From: Thermococcus sp. JdFR-02
Lineage (GTDB): Archaea; Methanobacteriota_B; Thermococci; Thermococcales; Thermococcaceae
Direction of reading: 5' to 3'
Assembly (NCBI GenBank): GCA_002009975.1
Contig: MTLP01000007.1
Location: 32,001 to 96,000, forward strand
Length of the DNA: 64,000 bases
The notes below the pieces were generated by a model. It saw nothing but the letters and a program-made list of their open reading frames with translations, had not been told where the DNA came from and ran no database searches. The position numbers were made by a program, and so were the translations under genes. The first letter of the stretch is position 1, and each line of letters starts with the position of its first letter. Below are positions 54,301 to 64,000 of this stretch, in pieces.

Positions 54301-55064
54301 AGCGTGAACTCTTAAAGGCTCTTCATGAAAGAGAAGTGGTTTCAGGTGATGCAATAGCATCAAAGTTAAATATATCACGAGTTGCTGTGTGGAAGCATGT
54401 GAAAGAACTTATTGAGCTTGGCTACGAGATAGAATCGACACCAAAGGGCTATAAACTTTTAAAAGAACCAAACAAACCCTATCCATGGGAGCTAAATGTT
54501 AAGGCTTACTATTTCTTAAAAATTGACTCCACAATGAACGTTGCTAAAGAGCTTGCTGAAAAAGGAGAGGAAGAGTGGACTTTTATAATTGCGGAAGAGC
54601 AGACACAAGGGAGAGGAAGATTGAAACGGTCTTGGGAGTCTCAAAAAGGTGGCTTGTACTTTTCCGTAATTTTGAGACCAAAAATAAAGCTTACAGAAAT
54701 TGAAAAAATTTTAATTCCATCATCGCTTGTAGTTGCTAAAACAATTGAAGGATATGGACTAAAACCTCAAGTTGGTTCAGCTGGAGATGTTTTTATCAAT
54801 GGAAAAAAAGTTGCTGGAATATTGGTTGAGGCTGAGGGAGAACTCGACATGGTTGATTTTCTCATACTTGGAATAGGTGTTAATGTGAACAACGATGTTC
54901 CAAAAGAGCTTAACGCAACATCCCTAAAAGAAGAGTTAAGGGAAGAGATAAATCTGCTTAGGTTTTCTGAAAAGCTGTTTGAAAATCTTAAGAAAGAAGT
55001 CGAACGGTTTAAAAATAATCCCAAAGAGGTTATTGTGGAGCAAAAGAAAAGCACAAATTTTTAA
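54246..55064 (+). CDS. birA: Bifunctional biotin repressor/ligase (HTH + BPL)
   Basis: SGDAIASKLNISRVAVWKH HTH; QTQGRGR; KKVAGIL. Confidence 0.9.
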   Translation: MEGKMPVFHKKMLKDSKVKRELLKALHEREVVSGDAIASKLNISRVAVWKHVKELIELGYEIESTPKGYKLLKEPNKPYPWELNVKAYYFLKIDSTMNVAKELAEKGEEEWTFIIAEEQTQGRGRLKRSWESQKGGLYFSVILRPKIKLTEIEKILIPSSLVVAKTIEGYGLKPQVGSAGDVFINGKKVAGILVEAEGELDMVDFLILGIGVNVNNDVPKELNATSLKEELREEINLLRFSEKLFENLKKEVERFKNNPKEVIVEQKKSTNF

Positions 55065-55073
55065 AGTCTAAAC

Positions 55074-55877
55074 TTGAAATTCAAAGCGATGATTGAGGTA
55101 AGGAACCTTTGGCATATCTATGAAGGTAGAAAAATAGCTCTGAGGGATGTTAGCTTAGCCTTTGAAAATGAGATAGTTGCGTTAGTTGGTCCAAATGGTT
55201 CTGGAAAGACAACTTTAGCAAAGCATTTGAACGGTTTGTTAAAACCTACAAAAGGTGAGGTAATTGTTGATGGGCTGAACACAAGAGAGCACAGTGTTGC
55301 AGAGCTTTCTAGGATAGTAGGTTACGTCTTCCAAAACCCAGAAAATATGTTCTTTGAGGAAAACGTTTTTAAAGAGGTTGCTTTTGGTCCAAAAAATCTT
55401 GGATTGAGCGAGGAGGAGATAGAGGAGAGGGTTAAGTGGGTTTTGAAGCAAGTAAACCTTGAAGGATATGAAGAGAGACATCCCTATGGATTAAGTGGTG
55501 GTGAAAAGCAGCGCTTAGCCATAGCCTGTATCCTTGCTATGAATCCGAAATATCTAATTTTAGACGAGCCAACAACAGGTTTAGATGAAAAAAGTGCTGA
55601 GAGTGTTAAGACTGTCATCAAAAAGCTATATAGGGAAGGACATGGAATTCTGTTAATTACCCATGAGATGGAACTTGTTTTGGAGTTAGCGGAAAGGGTT
55701 GTTTTACTTTATGAGGGACAAAAGCTTTTTGATGGTAGTGTTGGTGAGTTCTTTGCTCTAAATTTGAGAGATTACTATCTAGACAAGCCAGAAATACTGA
55801 AAATTAGTGAAAACTTAAATTTGGGTTTCATAAGAAGTGTGGGTGACTTTTTAACCAAGCTGGAGGAATTGCTATGA
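55074..55877 (+). CDS. ECF transporter ATPase (BioM-like)
   Basis: GPNGSGKT, VFQNPE, LSGGEKQR. Confidence 0.9.
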   Translation: MKFKAMIEVRNLWHIYEGRKIALRDVSLAFENEIVALVGPNGSGKTTLAKHLNGLLKPTKGEVIVDGLNTREHSVAELSRIVGYVFQNPENMFFEENVFKEVAFGPKNLGLSEEEIEERVKWVLKQVNLEGYEERHPYGLSGGEKQRLAIACILAMNPKYLILDEPTTGLDEKSAESVKTVIKKLYREGHGILLITHEMELVLELAERVVLLYEGQKLFDGSVGEFFALNLRDYYLDKPEILKISENLNLGFIRSVGDFLTKLEELL

Positions 55878-56632
55878 TGTATAACTTCTACGTGGAGAGA
55901 GATTCGATCCTGCACCGTTTAGATCCTCGGGTTAAAATAATTGCTTCAATTCTCGGAATAGCATCCATGATTCTTTTTAACAGCCCAACGATGCTTTTCC
56001 TACTTTTTGTAAGCATCTCCCTGAGCTTAGCATTTTTAGGAAAAATAACTTTTAGAGAACAGTTAAGAGTTTTAAAGCCACTCTTTCCTTTAATGATCAT
56101 AACCATTGCAATATGGCCCTTTATATTAGAACCAGCCAGCTTCGGACTTTTCATTGGCTTTGGATATGCTTTAAGGTTAGCCTCTATGGCAATGATAACC
56201 TTTGGACTCTTAATAACAACGTCTCAAAGGGAGCTTATTTTAGGATTTATAAAGCTAAAAATGCCCTATGAGATTGGTTTAACACTAACAATCGCTTTGA
56301 GATACATTCCTACTCTCTTTGGCTTAGCTCAAAAAATAACCGATGCACAAAAATCAAGGGGATTAGAATTGGAGAAAGGTAGCTTTCTCACCAGACTCAA
56401 AAATACAATCCCAATTTTGATCCCCTTAATAATTTCGGCAATTAAAACTGCTCATGAGCTAAGCATAGCCTTAGAGAGCAGAGCATTTGGAGCTAATAAA
56501 AGGAGAACTTTCCTCTACACGATAAAAATGAAATCAAGGGATTATTTTGCTCTGATTGTTGTGCTTTTCTTGTTTGGCTTAGCCCTTTATCTACGCTATC
56601 AGCTTAACATTGGCTACATTAAGCTTTATTAG
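55874..56632 (+). CDS. ECF transporter T component (BioN-like)
   Basis: LDPRVK, AQKSRG, ALESRAF. Confidence 0.9.
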   Translation: MMYNFYVERDSILHRLDPRVKIIASILGIASMILFNSPTMLFLLFVSISLSLAFLGKITFREQLRVLKPLFPLMIITIAIWPFILEPASFGLFIGFGYALRLASMAMITFGLLITTSQRELILGFIKLKMPYEIGLTLTIALRYIPTLFGLAQKITDAQKSRGLELEKGSFLTRLKNTIPILIPLIISAIKTAHELSIALESRAFGANKRRTFLYTIKMKSRDYFALIVVLFLFGLALYLRYQLNIGYIKLY

Positions 56633-57282
56633 ACCATTATCAGCTTGACTTTTTTATCTATGGGAACGCTGTGCTCTCCAATGTTCTTTATAAACTTTGG
56701 TGGTGTCTTTAAGATGCTTATGTTCATTCTGTAATGTCCTCTATACCCCGAGGTTCTTAAAACGAGAAGATACTCAAAGAGTTCGGGCGTTAAGAATAAC
56801 CTCCTAAACTCAGCATTTAGATTTAGTTCGTTTATCTCCAAGGTATTGTGGGAAATGATCATGAACAACCCCTTTTTATCCACGATTTTTCTCAAGTCAA
56901 TCAGCTTTTCCTTAGCTATCCCCTCTAAAATTCCAAAGTTTGACACAAAGATGAATGAATCTTCTTCAACCAACTCTAAAGCAGAAATCAATTCATCCAA
57001 TGTATATATCTTCCCCAAGAAAATGTTATCATTAGTGGGGGAGAATTTTTCCAAAAGTTCGAAGGAAAAACCATTTGTCGGTTCCAAATGATATGCTGTC
57101 TTATTTGCATTTAGTGCATTTGAAAGGGAGGAATATTGCAAAACAGCATGAGAAATAGCATCTGTGGTTATTACACCAGCTATGCTGCTCTCTTCTATAA
57201 AACCAACTAAGGGGGAGATTTCTTCTATTAATGCAACCCCGCTCTCTTTTTTAGTAGTTGGTTTATAGAACATGACCCTCAA
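56629..57282 (-). CDS. Hypothetical protein
   Basis: 217 aa ORF with native-looking composition. Confidence 0.6.
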   Translation of the reverse strand: MRVMFYKPTTKKESGVALIEEISPLVGFIEESSIAGVITTDAISHAVLQYSSLSNALNANKTAYHLEPTNGFSFELLEKFSPTNDNIFLGKIYTLDELISALELVEEDSFIFVSNFGILEGIAKEKLIDLRKIVDKKGLFMIISHNTLEINELNLNAEFRRLFLTPELFEYLLVLRTSGYRGHYRMNISILKTPPKFIKNIGEHSVPIDKKVKLIMV

Positions 57283-57335
57283 AAATTATCCTCTACTTTG
57301 GGATATTTATACTTTACCGAAAATAAAACTGAAAG

Positions 57336-57710
57336 TCAAAGGGCAGCTATTAAGGAAAGTCCAACGATTATACCCACGATTATCATTAGCACGAATGCTA
57401 CTACTATTGCAAAAAGCCAAGCAATCACTGCTTTTCCCCAGTTGGTATTGAAAACTGTTTTTACAACCCAAAGAAAAGCTATTAGTCCTATTAATCCTCC
57501 AATTACTGGAATTATATTACCCAATATCCCTGAAAGAAGCATGCCAACTAATGTTGCGATAAATGCTTTTCCAAAGCTTGCATCCTCGATTTTGGCGAAT
57601 CTTGCACCTATCCAGAGGAACACTGAATCTATTGCTATCATTACCAAAAATACGATAACTGCCATAGCACCTAAGGCACTCATCATTGCTCCAAACCCAT
57701 AGGGTGGCAT
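57336..57710 (-). CDS. Small membrane protein
   Basis: AGGTGA SD; 4 hydrophobic segments. Confidence 0.7.
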   Translation of the reverse strand: MPPYGFGAMMSALGAMAVIVFLVMIAIDSVFLWIGARFAKIEDASFGKAFIATLVGMLLSGILGNIIPVIGGLIGLIAFLWVVKTVFNTNWGKAVIAWLFAIVVAFVLMIIVGIIVGLSLIAAL

Positions 57711-57815
57711 AGCATCACCTAAGTTCTCTCATATTTGCAAAGGCTATATAGCTTTGCCCTATGTGACAAAGGATAAAACTAATAAATGCTCCTTCACAAC
57801 TTTTGGAGGGCTTAA

Positions 57816-58640
57816 ATGGAATTGGTGGTTATAGGGCATGTTTCAATTGATCACATTAGGTTTCCAAAGAAAGAGGAAATACTTTTACCGGGAGGAGCAG
57901 CGGCAGCTGTTGCAACTTCTGCAGCTTTGAGCGGTGCAAAGGTTGGCTTAGTAACTAAAGTTGGAAGAGATTTCCCAGAGGAATGGATGGAGAAGCTAAG
58001 AACTGTTTTAGATATAAAAGGGATTCACATTCTCGAGGGAAAAACGATTAACATTTACATGATTTATCACGAAGATGGCACGGTTGATGCTCCAGTTGAT
58101 ATGGGTGTGGCTCAAAAGATGGGGGAAACAGAGATCCCAGAGGAATATTTGAATGCAAAGATGTTTCATATTGCCCCAATTCCACCAGAAGAGCAATTAA
58201 AATTAGTTAAGCGTTTAAAGGGGAAAAGAATAAGCATCGATTTTAATCCAACTTATATGGAAGATTACAAAACTAAAAAAGAGCTTCTGAGAGAAATAAT
58301 ATCAAAAGTTGAAGTTGCTTTCCCAAATGAGAGGGAAGCTTTGACAATAACTGGAAAGCGAAACTTAGAAGATGCGGCAAGAGAACTTCACAAGTGGGGA
58401 GCTAAGCTTATCATAATAACTCGTGGAGAAAAAGGAGTTCTCGTTTATGATGGGGAAAAGTTTGAGCACTTCAATTCCTTGCCTATAGATGAGATAGTTG
58501 ATCCAACTGGAGCTGGGGATGCATTTGCGGGTGGATTTTTAGCATATTACGTTAAAAATAAGCCATTAAAGGAATGCATAACTCAGGGGCTTTTTAGAGC
58601 TAAAGAAGTCTTGAGGAAATGGGGAAGCTGGAGCGTTTAG
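57816..58640 (+). CDS. PfkB/ribokinase-family carbohydrate kinase
   Basis: PGGAAA, PNERE, DPTGAGDAFAGGF. Confidence 0.92.
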   Translation: MELVVIGHVSIDHIRFPKKEEILLPGGAAAAVATSAALSGAKVGLVTKVGRDFPEEWMEKLRTVLDIKGIHILEGKTINIYMIYHEDGTVDAPVDMGVAQKMGETEIPEEYLNAKMFHIAPIPPEEQLKLVKRLKGKRISIDFNPTYMEDYKTKKELLREIISKVEVAFPNEREALTITGKRNLEDAARELHKWGAKLIIITRGEKGVLVYDGEKFEHFNSLPIDEIVDPTGAGDAFAGGFLAYYVKNKPLKECITQGLFRAKEVLRKWGSWSV

Positions 58641-58737
58641 CTTTTCTCTATTTTTACGCTAAGGAAAATTTGAAAGTTGCTCGTTTAGAAGAATGTAACA
58701 AAAAAGCTTTTAAAATTCGCCTTCAGATGTTCTAAAC

Positions 58738-59523
58738 ATGTCCGTAATTGATTCAATCAGAGAATTTTTGTGGGAATACTTCATAAGACCCATGTACACG
58801 AGAGAAGGTTATAATGCTTACAATACTCTTGTCTATGGCTTCCTCTTAGGTGTTGGCATAATCTACTCCTATAAAATTGTTGAAAGGCTTAAAATTAAAA
58901 TCGATGAAAGGCTCATCTATTCGGTTGCTCCTATGATAGTTTTTGGCTCAACAACGAGGGCTTTGGTTGATGCTGGAGTTTTGCCCAAAAATCCTCTAAT
59001 TTTAACTCCCGGAATATTTTTCACAGCATTTTTCCTAATACTCCCTGCTTTAGTCATCGATTCAAAAACAAAGAAATATCCCAAAATAACGGTTGCTTGG
59101 GGTTCCTTGCTAAGTCTAATAGCTCTTTATTTATTTGTAACCAATGTTGAATATCCAAAAGCCCTTTATCTGACAATAATATACACTCTAATCTTTTCAA
59201 TTCCCTTACTTCCATTCTACAAGAAAATTGATAGGATATTTTTCTATGCTCTCTTAGCTCACATGCTCGATATTGCTTCGACTTTGGTTGCAATTGTTTA
59301 TCTTGGCTACTATGAAGTGCATTGGATTGAAGGCTGGCTTTCAAAAACTTTTGACCCTTTTGTCCTCTATCCTTGGAAATTGTTCATCTTGGCAGTTATT
59401 TATTATGGCTTAAAGTATTTAGTACCTAATGAAGAAGAGAGGAGATTTTGGTACGTTGCAGTGTTTATCTTGGGCTTTGCTCCCGGAGTTAGAGATACCG
59501 TGCAAATGGTTTTAATGGGTTGA
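58738..59523 (+). CDS. DUF63 family membrane protein
   Basis: GYNAYNTLVY, RALVDAG, AHMLDIAST, LGFAPGVRD. Confidence 0.85.
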   Translation: MSVIDSIREFLWEYFIRPMYTREGYNAYNTLVYGFLLGVGIIYSYKIVERLKIKIDERLIYSVAPMIVFGSTTRALVDAGVLPKNPLILTPGIFFTAFFLILPALVIDSKTKKYPKITVAWGSLLSLIALYLFVTNVEYPKALYLTIIYTLIFSIPLLPFYKKIDRIFFYALLAHMLDIASTLVAIVYLGYYEVHWIEGWLSKTFDPFVLYPWKLFILAVIYYGLKYLVPNEEERRFWYVAVFILGFAPGVRDTVQMVLMG

Positions 59524-62034
59524 GTTTTTAATTCTTCTTCCCTCTTCAAGCTCCCTCTTCAAAATCTTGGCGTTTTCTTCAACATCTCTTAATCTAAAGA
59601 CCTTTGCAATTCTCTCTATAGCTTCAAGCTTCCTTATTATCCCATCAAGCCAAGTGAAAACGTCTCCGGGATAGAGGATTAAAGAATACTGCCTTCTAAA
59701 GTACTCGGCAATTTGTGTTGGATGTTTGCCATTCCTTCTAAGCTCAATTATGAGTTTGCTCACTCTTTCCATTGCATATTCTGTGCATTCTTTTTCTTCA
59801 CACATGAAAAAGTCCTGATAAATTAGGAAAAGCTTATCTTGAATGTTTGCACTAACTTCTGGCAAAACTTTATCCAGCTCATCTAAAATTGAGGCAAAGC
59901 TTGGTGAGAAGATATTACTCGAGAGCTTCCCCCTAACGGCACTCTCTAATTCTCTCTGCAAAACACCTGTTAAGAAAACGTTTTCAAATGGCAACAGTTT
60001 TATGGCTATCTCCTCAACCTTCCTCTTTCTTAGGTTCTCTCTAATAAACTGGGCTTCATTTGGGAGTAAAAAGCTCATAGACACAGCTCTTCCATAGGGA
60101 GTGACATTAATTAGCTTTCCTCTTAAACGAACGAAATCGAATTCCTCAAGCTTCTTCAAAACTGCTTCAGCGTTTTGGTTTGCACCTAGGCATTTGCTCT
60201 GCAGTTCTTCCACATCATCTAAGTGAGAGAACAAACAGCTATGGGCTAAAACTTGGTCTTGCTCAAGCTCATCACTCCATTCCACAATAACAGGCTCAAT
60301 TGGTGAACTTAATAGTTTAAAGGCTATTTCATCTTCACTTTGCTCCATTTGAGCCGAATATTTCTTACCTGGCTCAACTATGAGGTAAACTTTCCCTTTC
60401 TCATGAAATGTAGGCCTTCCAGCTCTTCCAAGCATTTGGTAGAACTCTCTAACGCTAAGCCACTTATTTCCCATTGCCAAGCTTTCAAAGATGACTTGAG
60501 ACGCAGGAAAATCAACACCAGCTCCTAAAGCTGCTGTAGTTACTACCACATCAAGCATTTGAGCTTGAAACTCCATTTCAGTTATCTTTCTTTGTGCGTA
60601 AGGTAAACCGCTGTGGTATGGCTTAGCTTTAAGTCCTCTACTTGTCAAAAAGGCTGAAAGCTCATGACAACGCTTCCTTGAAAAAGTGAAAACAATACTT
60701 TGTCCTTTAAACCCTTGAGGTGATTTCCTAAGGCTTTCCGCTTTACAAAGCTCCGCTATATAACGCCATTTATCGCTCTCGTTTCTTGCAATAATTATAT
60801 GCCTCTCTAAAGCTACAGGTCTTTCATCGTAGGGGACTAACTTAAGGTTAAGCTCTTTTGCAAGATCTTGAGGGTTTCCAATCGTTGCACTTAAGCCTAT
60901 GAACTGGGCTCTCGGATAGAGTTTTCTCAATCTTGCGATTAATCCATCTAAGCGAGGTCCCCTCTCTTCGTCATCAACCATATGAATTTCATCAATAACT
61001 ATTGTTCCAATTTTTCCCAATTTTCGCCCAGCCCTTAAAAGGAAATCAACACCTTCGTAAGTTCCAACGATTATTTCAGCATCTATTCCAGTATCAACAA
61101 CTACAAGCTCATCTCTCGTCTTAATTCTGCTCATCCCAACTCTAATGGCAACTCTTAATCCAAGCTTGCTATAGCGACGCTTAAAGTCTTCATACTTTTG
61201 ATTAGCTAAAGCAACAAGAGGAACTAAAAAGAGCATTTTTTCTCCTTTTAAAGCTCTTGGAATTCCTGCTAATTCACCAATGAGGGTTTTTCCACTTGCC
61301 GTTGCAGAGACTATTAAAAGGTTCTCCCCATCTAAAAGCCCATTTTGGATTGCTAAACTTTGAACTGGTAAAAGCTCATTGATTCCTTCTTCTTTCAAAA
61401 CCTCTTTAAATTTCTCTGGAATGTTGATTTCATCAATGCTGAGTCTTTTAATTTTCAAGCGCTTTGGCTTAAGCTCATCCCATTTTGTTATTTCTGGATT
61501 TTTTATGGGGTCAAAGCGGGGATCAAAAACGGCCAAAACTTTATCTAAATCTTTAAATCGGTTCAAAAGTTTTTTTGCTTGGTCAAACATTGCTATGCTT
61601 CTAAATCTAAAGCGGAGCTCATTTTTTAGCTCTTCCTCAGCACAGCTTTGGCAGATATATTCTCTATGAAACCTTATTTTATTCCCTTCTGTTAGGACTG
61701 TGATATGACCATTTAAGAGGCAAAACCTGCAAAGATTCGCCTTCTCAACTTGCTTATTTTGGAGTCTCTCTTTAAAATAGCGCTCTATTTCATCATCAAC
61801 TTCCACTAAAACAATTCTCGCTTTTTTTAAAGCCTTTTCAATCTCCTTTGGATTTTTATACTCACTCTTCTCAAGAACTTTAAATAACCTATTCTCTCGC
61901 ATTATAAAGCGATAAATCTTATCTGCTTTTAACTTTTGCATTTGAGACAGCTTTTCAGGTTCTTTTTCAATGTAATACGCTTCAAGTTCATTTTTCTTTC
62001 TGCCCTTTCTCACCACAAAAAGCATTTCTCTCAC
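59512..62034 (-). CDS. Archaea-specific Ski2-like SF2 helicase
   Basis: ATASGKT, DEIH, SAT, QMLGRAGR; N-terminal Cys cluster. Confidence 0.92.
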   Translation of the reverse strand: MREMLFVVRKGRKKNELEAYYIEKEPEKLSQMQKLKADKIYRFIMRENRLFKVLEKSEYKNPKEIEKALKKARIVLVEVDDEIERYFKERLQNKQVEKANLCRFCLLNGHITVLTEGNKIRFHREYICQSCAEEELKNELRFRFRSIAMFDQAKKLLNRFKDLDKVLAVFDPRFDPIKNPEITKWDELKPKRLKIKRLSIDEINIPEKFKEVLKEEGINELLPVQSLAIQNGLLDGENLLIVSATASGKTLIGELAGIPRALKGEKMLFLVPLVALANQKYEDFKRRYSKLGLRVAIRVGMSRIKTRDELVVVDTGIDAEIIVGTYEGVDFLLRAGRKLGKIGTIVIDEIHMVDDEERGPRLDGLIARLRKLYPRAQFIGLSATIGNPQDLAKELNLKLVPYDERPVALERHIIIARNESDKWRYIAELCKAESLRKSPQGFKGQSIVFTFSRKRCHELSAFLTSRGLKAKPYHSGLPYAQRKITEMEFQAQMLDVVVTTAALGAGVDFPASQVIFESLAMGNKWLSVREFYQMLGRAGRPTFHEKGKVYLIVEPGKKYSAQMEQSEDEIAFKLLSSPIEPVIVEWSDELEQDQVLAHSCLFSHLDDVEELQSKCLGANQNAEAVLKKLEEFDFVRLRGKLINVTPYGRAVSMSFLLPNEAQFIRENLRKRKVEEIAIKLLPFENVFLTGVLQRELESAVRGKLSSNIFSPSFASILDELDKVLPEVSANIQDKLFLIYQDFFMCEEKECTEYAMERVSKLIIELRRNGKHPTQIAEYFRRQYSLILYPGDVFTWLDGIIRKLEAIERIAKVFRLRDVEENAKILKRELEEGRRIKNSTH

Positions 62035-62077
62035 CGCTGAAAAGCTCGCAAGTTTGGTTTATAAGCTTTTAAGTTGA

Positions 62078-62572
62078 TCATCTACGGCGAGGACTTTTTC
62101 TCTTTTCAAAAGTTACCCCGTTCTCTTTGATTGTATCGAGGATCACGGTAACCTTATACTTTTTTAAATTCGCCTTTAATACGGTGTTCATTAGATATTC
62201 AACGAACTTATTAAGCTCACTCATATCTTTGAAGTTTGCCCTTATCATTATCGGGAACTCTCCAGTTTTTCTGTAAATTCCTAAAACATTTTCAAGTCTT
62301 CCAATTGCGTAAAGCTGTGTATTAACATGGGGACCATCCCTAATGACCTCTATTTCTATAATCGCTTGAATAAATTCGTTAAGAAAAGTCGGTTCGACTA
62401 CTGCAGTGTAACCTTTAATTGCTCCCAATTTTTCAAGCTTATCAATCCTGTTTTTTATGCTTGCGGGACTTAATCCCAATTTAAAACCTAACTCAGTTAG
62501 AGTTATTTTTCCATTTTTTCTAAGTTCTCTTAAAATAGCCTCATCCTTTTCATCGAATGCCATTTTCATCAA
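62078..62572 (-). CDS. Lrp/AsnC transcriptional regulator
   Basis: DEKDEAILREL...RIDKLEKLGAIKGY. Confidence 0.9.
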   Translation of the reverse strand: MMKMAFDEKDEAILRELRKNGKITLTELGFKLGLSPASIKNRIDKLEKLGAIKGYTAVVEPTFLNEFIQAIIEIEVIRDGPHVNTQLYAIGRLENVLGIYRKTGEFPIMIRANFKDMSELNKFVEYLMNTVLKANLKKYKVTVILDTIKENGVTFEKRKSPRRR

Positions 62573-62603
62573 AGAAAAAATTAGAGGTTAGAGGTTAATA
62601 AGT

Positions 62604-63302
62604 TTATTCAATTGTGTGTAGTTGAGGTAGAGTTGAAACTTTTATTGGTTCTCCAAATGCTCTATCTCCTGCATCTCCTAAACCTGGTAAGATATATCCT
62701 TTGGCATTTAACTCTCTGTCAATCTTTGTTACAAACACTTCAACCTCTGGAAACTCTTTTTTAATTCTTTCAATTCCTTCTGGTGCTGCTAGGACTCCTA
62801 AAACTATTATCCTCTTTGGAGTTCCGTATTTTTTAACCTCTTGTATCACTTTGATTAAAGTTGAGCCTGTTGCAATCATTGGATCTGCAACAATCACCGT
62901 ATCCTCTGGTCTTATATGTGGAATCTTGACATATTTCATCTCTATTTCAAATTTTGGTGGCTTTCCTCTGGAAGCTGAGATAATTCCTACCCTTGCATGC
63001 TCCAAAACTTTAATTAGCCCTTCCATTAAAGGAATTGCTGCTCTAAGGACGGTTATGATGACAACGTTTTTCCTATCTTTGGCAATAACTCCCTCCGTTT
63101 CTTCCAGTGGTGTTTCAACTTTAATTTTCTCAAACTCCATAGTTTTTGTTAGCTCATAACCCATGTATCTTCCAAGCTTAACTAATCCTTTCCTAAATGC
63201 TATACTGTCTGTGTTTTTGTCTCTAAGCTCTGTTAAAACTTCCATCAAAAATGGGGAATCCTCAAAGGAATATACACCTTTCCAACGCTTATCTTTCCTC
63301 AT
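62604..63302 (-). CDS. upp: Uracil phosphoribosyltransferase
   Basis: [29 protein letters not shown]. Confidence 0.96.
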   Translation of the reverse strand: MRKDKRWKGVYSFEDSPFLMEVLTELRDKNTDSIAFRKGLVKLGRYMGYELTKTMEFEKIKVETPLEETEGVIAKDRKNVVIITVLRAAIPLMEGLIKVLEHARVGIISASRGKPPKFEIEMKYVKIPHIRPEDTVIVADPMIATGSTLIKVIQEVKKYGTPKRIIVLGVLAAPEGIERIKKEFPEVEVFVTKIDRELNAKGYILPGLGDAGDRAFGEPIKVSTLPQLHTIE

Positions 63303-63307
63303 TTCCC

Positions 63308-64000
63308 TCACCTCAAGAGTTGATCTAAAATTATAGCGGTCAAAGCTCCAACAGCCATTCCAGATTCTAAAATGCTCCCAATTATTTTAGGAAAATGCTC
63401 TAAAAACTCTGATGGAAGTTGTGGAGAGCCTAAACCAACTATTAAAGCACTTGCAATTATCAGCATGTTCCTATCGTTAAGCTCTACTTTTTCCTTTATT
63501 AGCCTAAGCCCTGTAACGCTTATCATTCCATAAAGTGCTATAGTTAAGCCGCCCAAGACTGGAGCTGGAATTGAAGCCAATATCCCAGAGAATTTTGGAA
63601 TTAGTGAGAACAGGATTAAGATTACTCCGCCTATTTGAACAACTTGTCTGCTTGCAACTTTTGTTAGAGCTACTAGTCCTATGTTTTCTGAGTAGCTTGT
63701 CGTTCCACATGCTCCCAAAAGTCCTGCAATTGAACATGCCAAACCTTCACTCATTATTCCCCTGTTTATGTTTGTGTTCGTTATCTTTGCTTCACTTATT
63801 GCCGAAATAGCATGATAATCACCAACACTCTCGATTATACTCACCATAAAGGCAAATAGGAGTGTAATTATTGCTGTAATTTCAAAGATTGGCACTCCCC
63901 ATGGCAAGGGCTTTGGAATGCTAAATGCTGGCAATTCTTTAACTAAGCTTAAGTCTACCATACCAAGGACTAAGCTAATGAGATAACCAACGAAAGCTCC
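63308..64000 (-). CDS. Uracil/xanthine permease (NCS2), C-terminal part only
   Basis: ESVGDY and TTSYSENIG motifs; frame runs off the window end. Confidence 0.92.
   Translation of the reverse strand, partial: GAFVGYLISLVLGMVDLSLVKELPAFSIPKPLPWGVPIFEITAIITLLFAFMVSIIESVGDYHAISAISEAKITNTNINRGIMSEGLACSIAGLLGACGTTSYSENIGLVALTKVASRQVVQIGGVILILFSLIPKFSGILASIPAPVLGGLTIALYGMISVTGLRLIKEKVELNDRNMLIIASALIVGLGSPQLPSEFLEHFPKIIGSILESGMAVGALTAIILDQLLR

Overview
This is a low-GC Thermococcales chromosomal segment (Thermococcus-like, judged from gene content, GGAGGTGA Shine-Dalgarno (SD) sites and BRE/TATA promoters). Most of it is housekeeping: the A1Ao ATP synthase operon (atpH-I-K-E-C-F-A-B-D), trkA, secDF, malic enzyme, speD, elp3, alaS, hisS, tmcA, ppcA, upp and biotin uptake genes. 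The standout is an accessory island at about 30.2-39.3 kb that looks like an archaeal ranthipeptide (freyrasin/PapAB-like) RiPP cluster. It holds an RRE + radical SAM + SPASM maturase, two Cys/Asp-rich precursor peptides full of CX2-4D motifs, and two ABC exporters. It also holds a third, frameshifted precursor missed by the ORF track and a duplicated structured leader element upstream of precursors 1 and 3. Other points: two clear C/D box sRNAs (one whose guides both fit the tRNA-Trp anticodon arm), a K-turn-rich ncRNA candidate, a bioB with non-canonical ligands placed under a BirA operator, and several single-base frameshifts that may be sequencing errors. No CRISPR array, tRNA, rRNA, intein or intact IS was seen. 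All homology calls come from motif recognition by eye, not from database searches.
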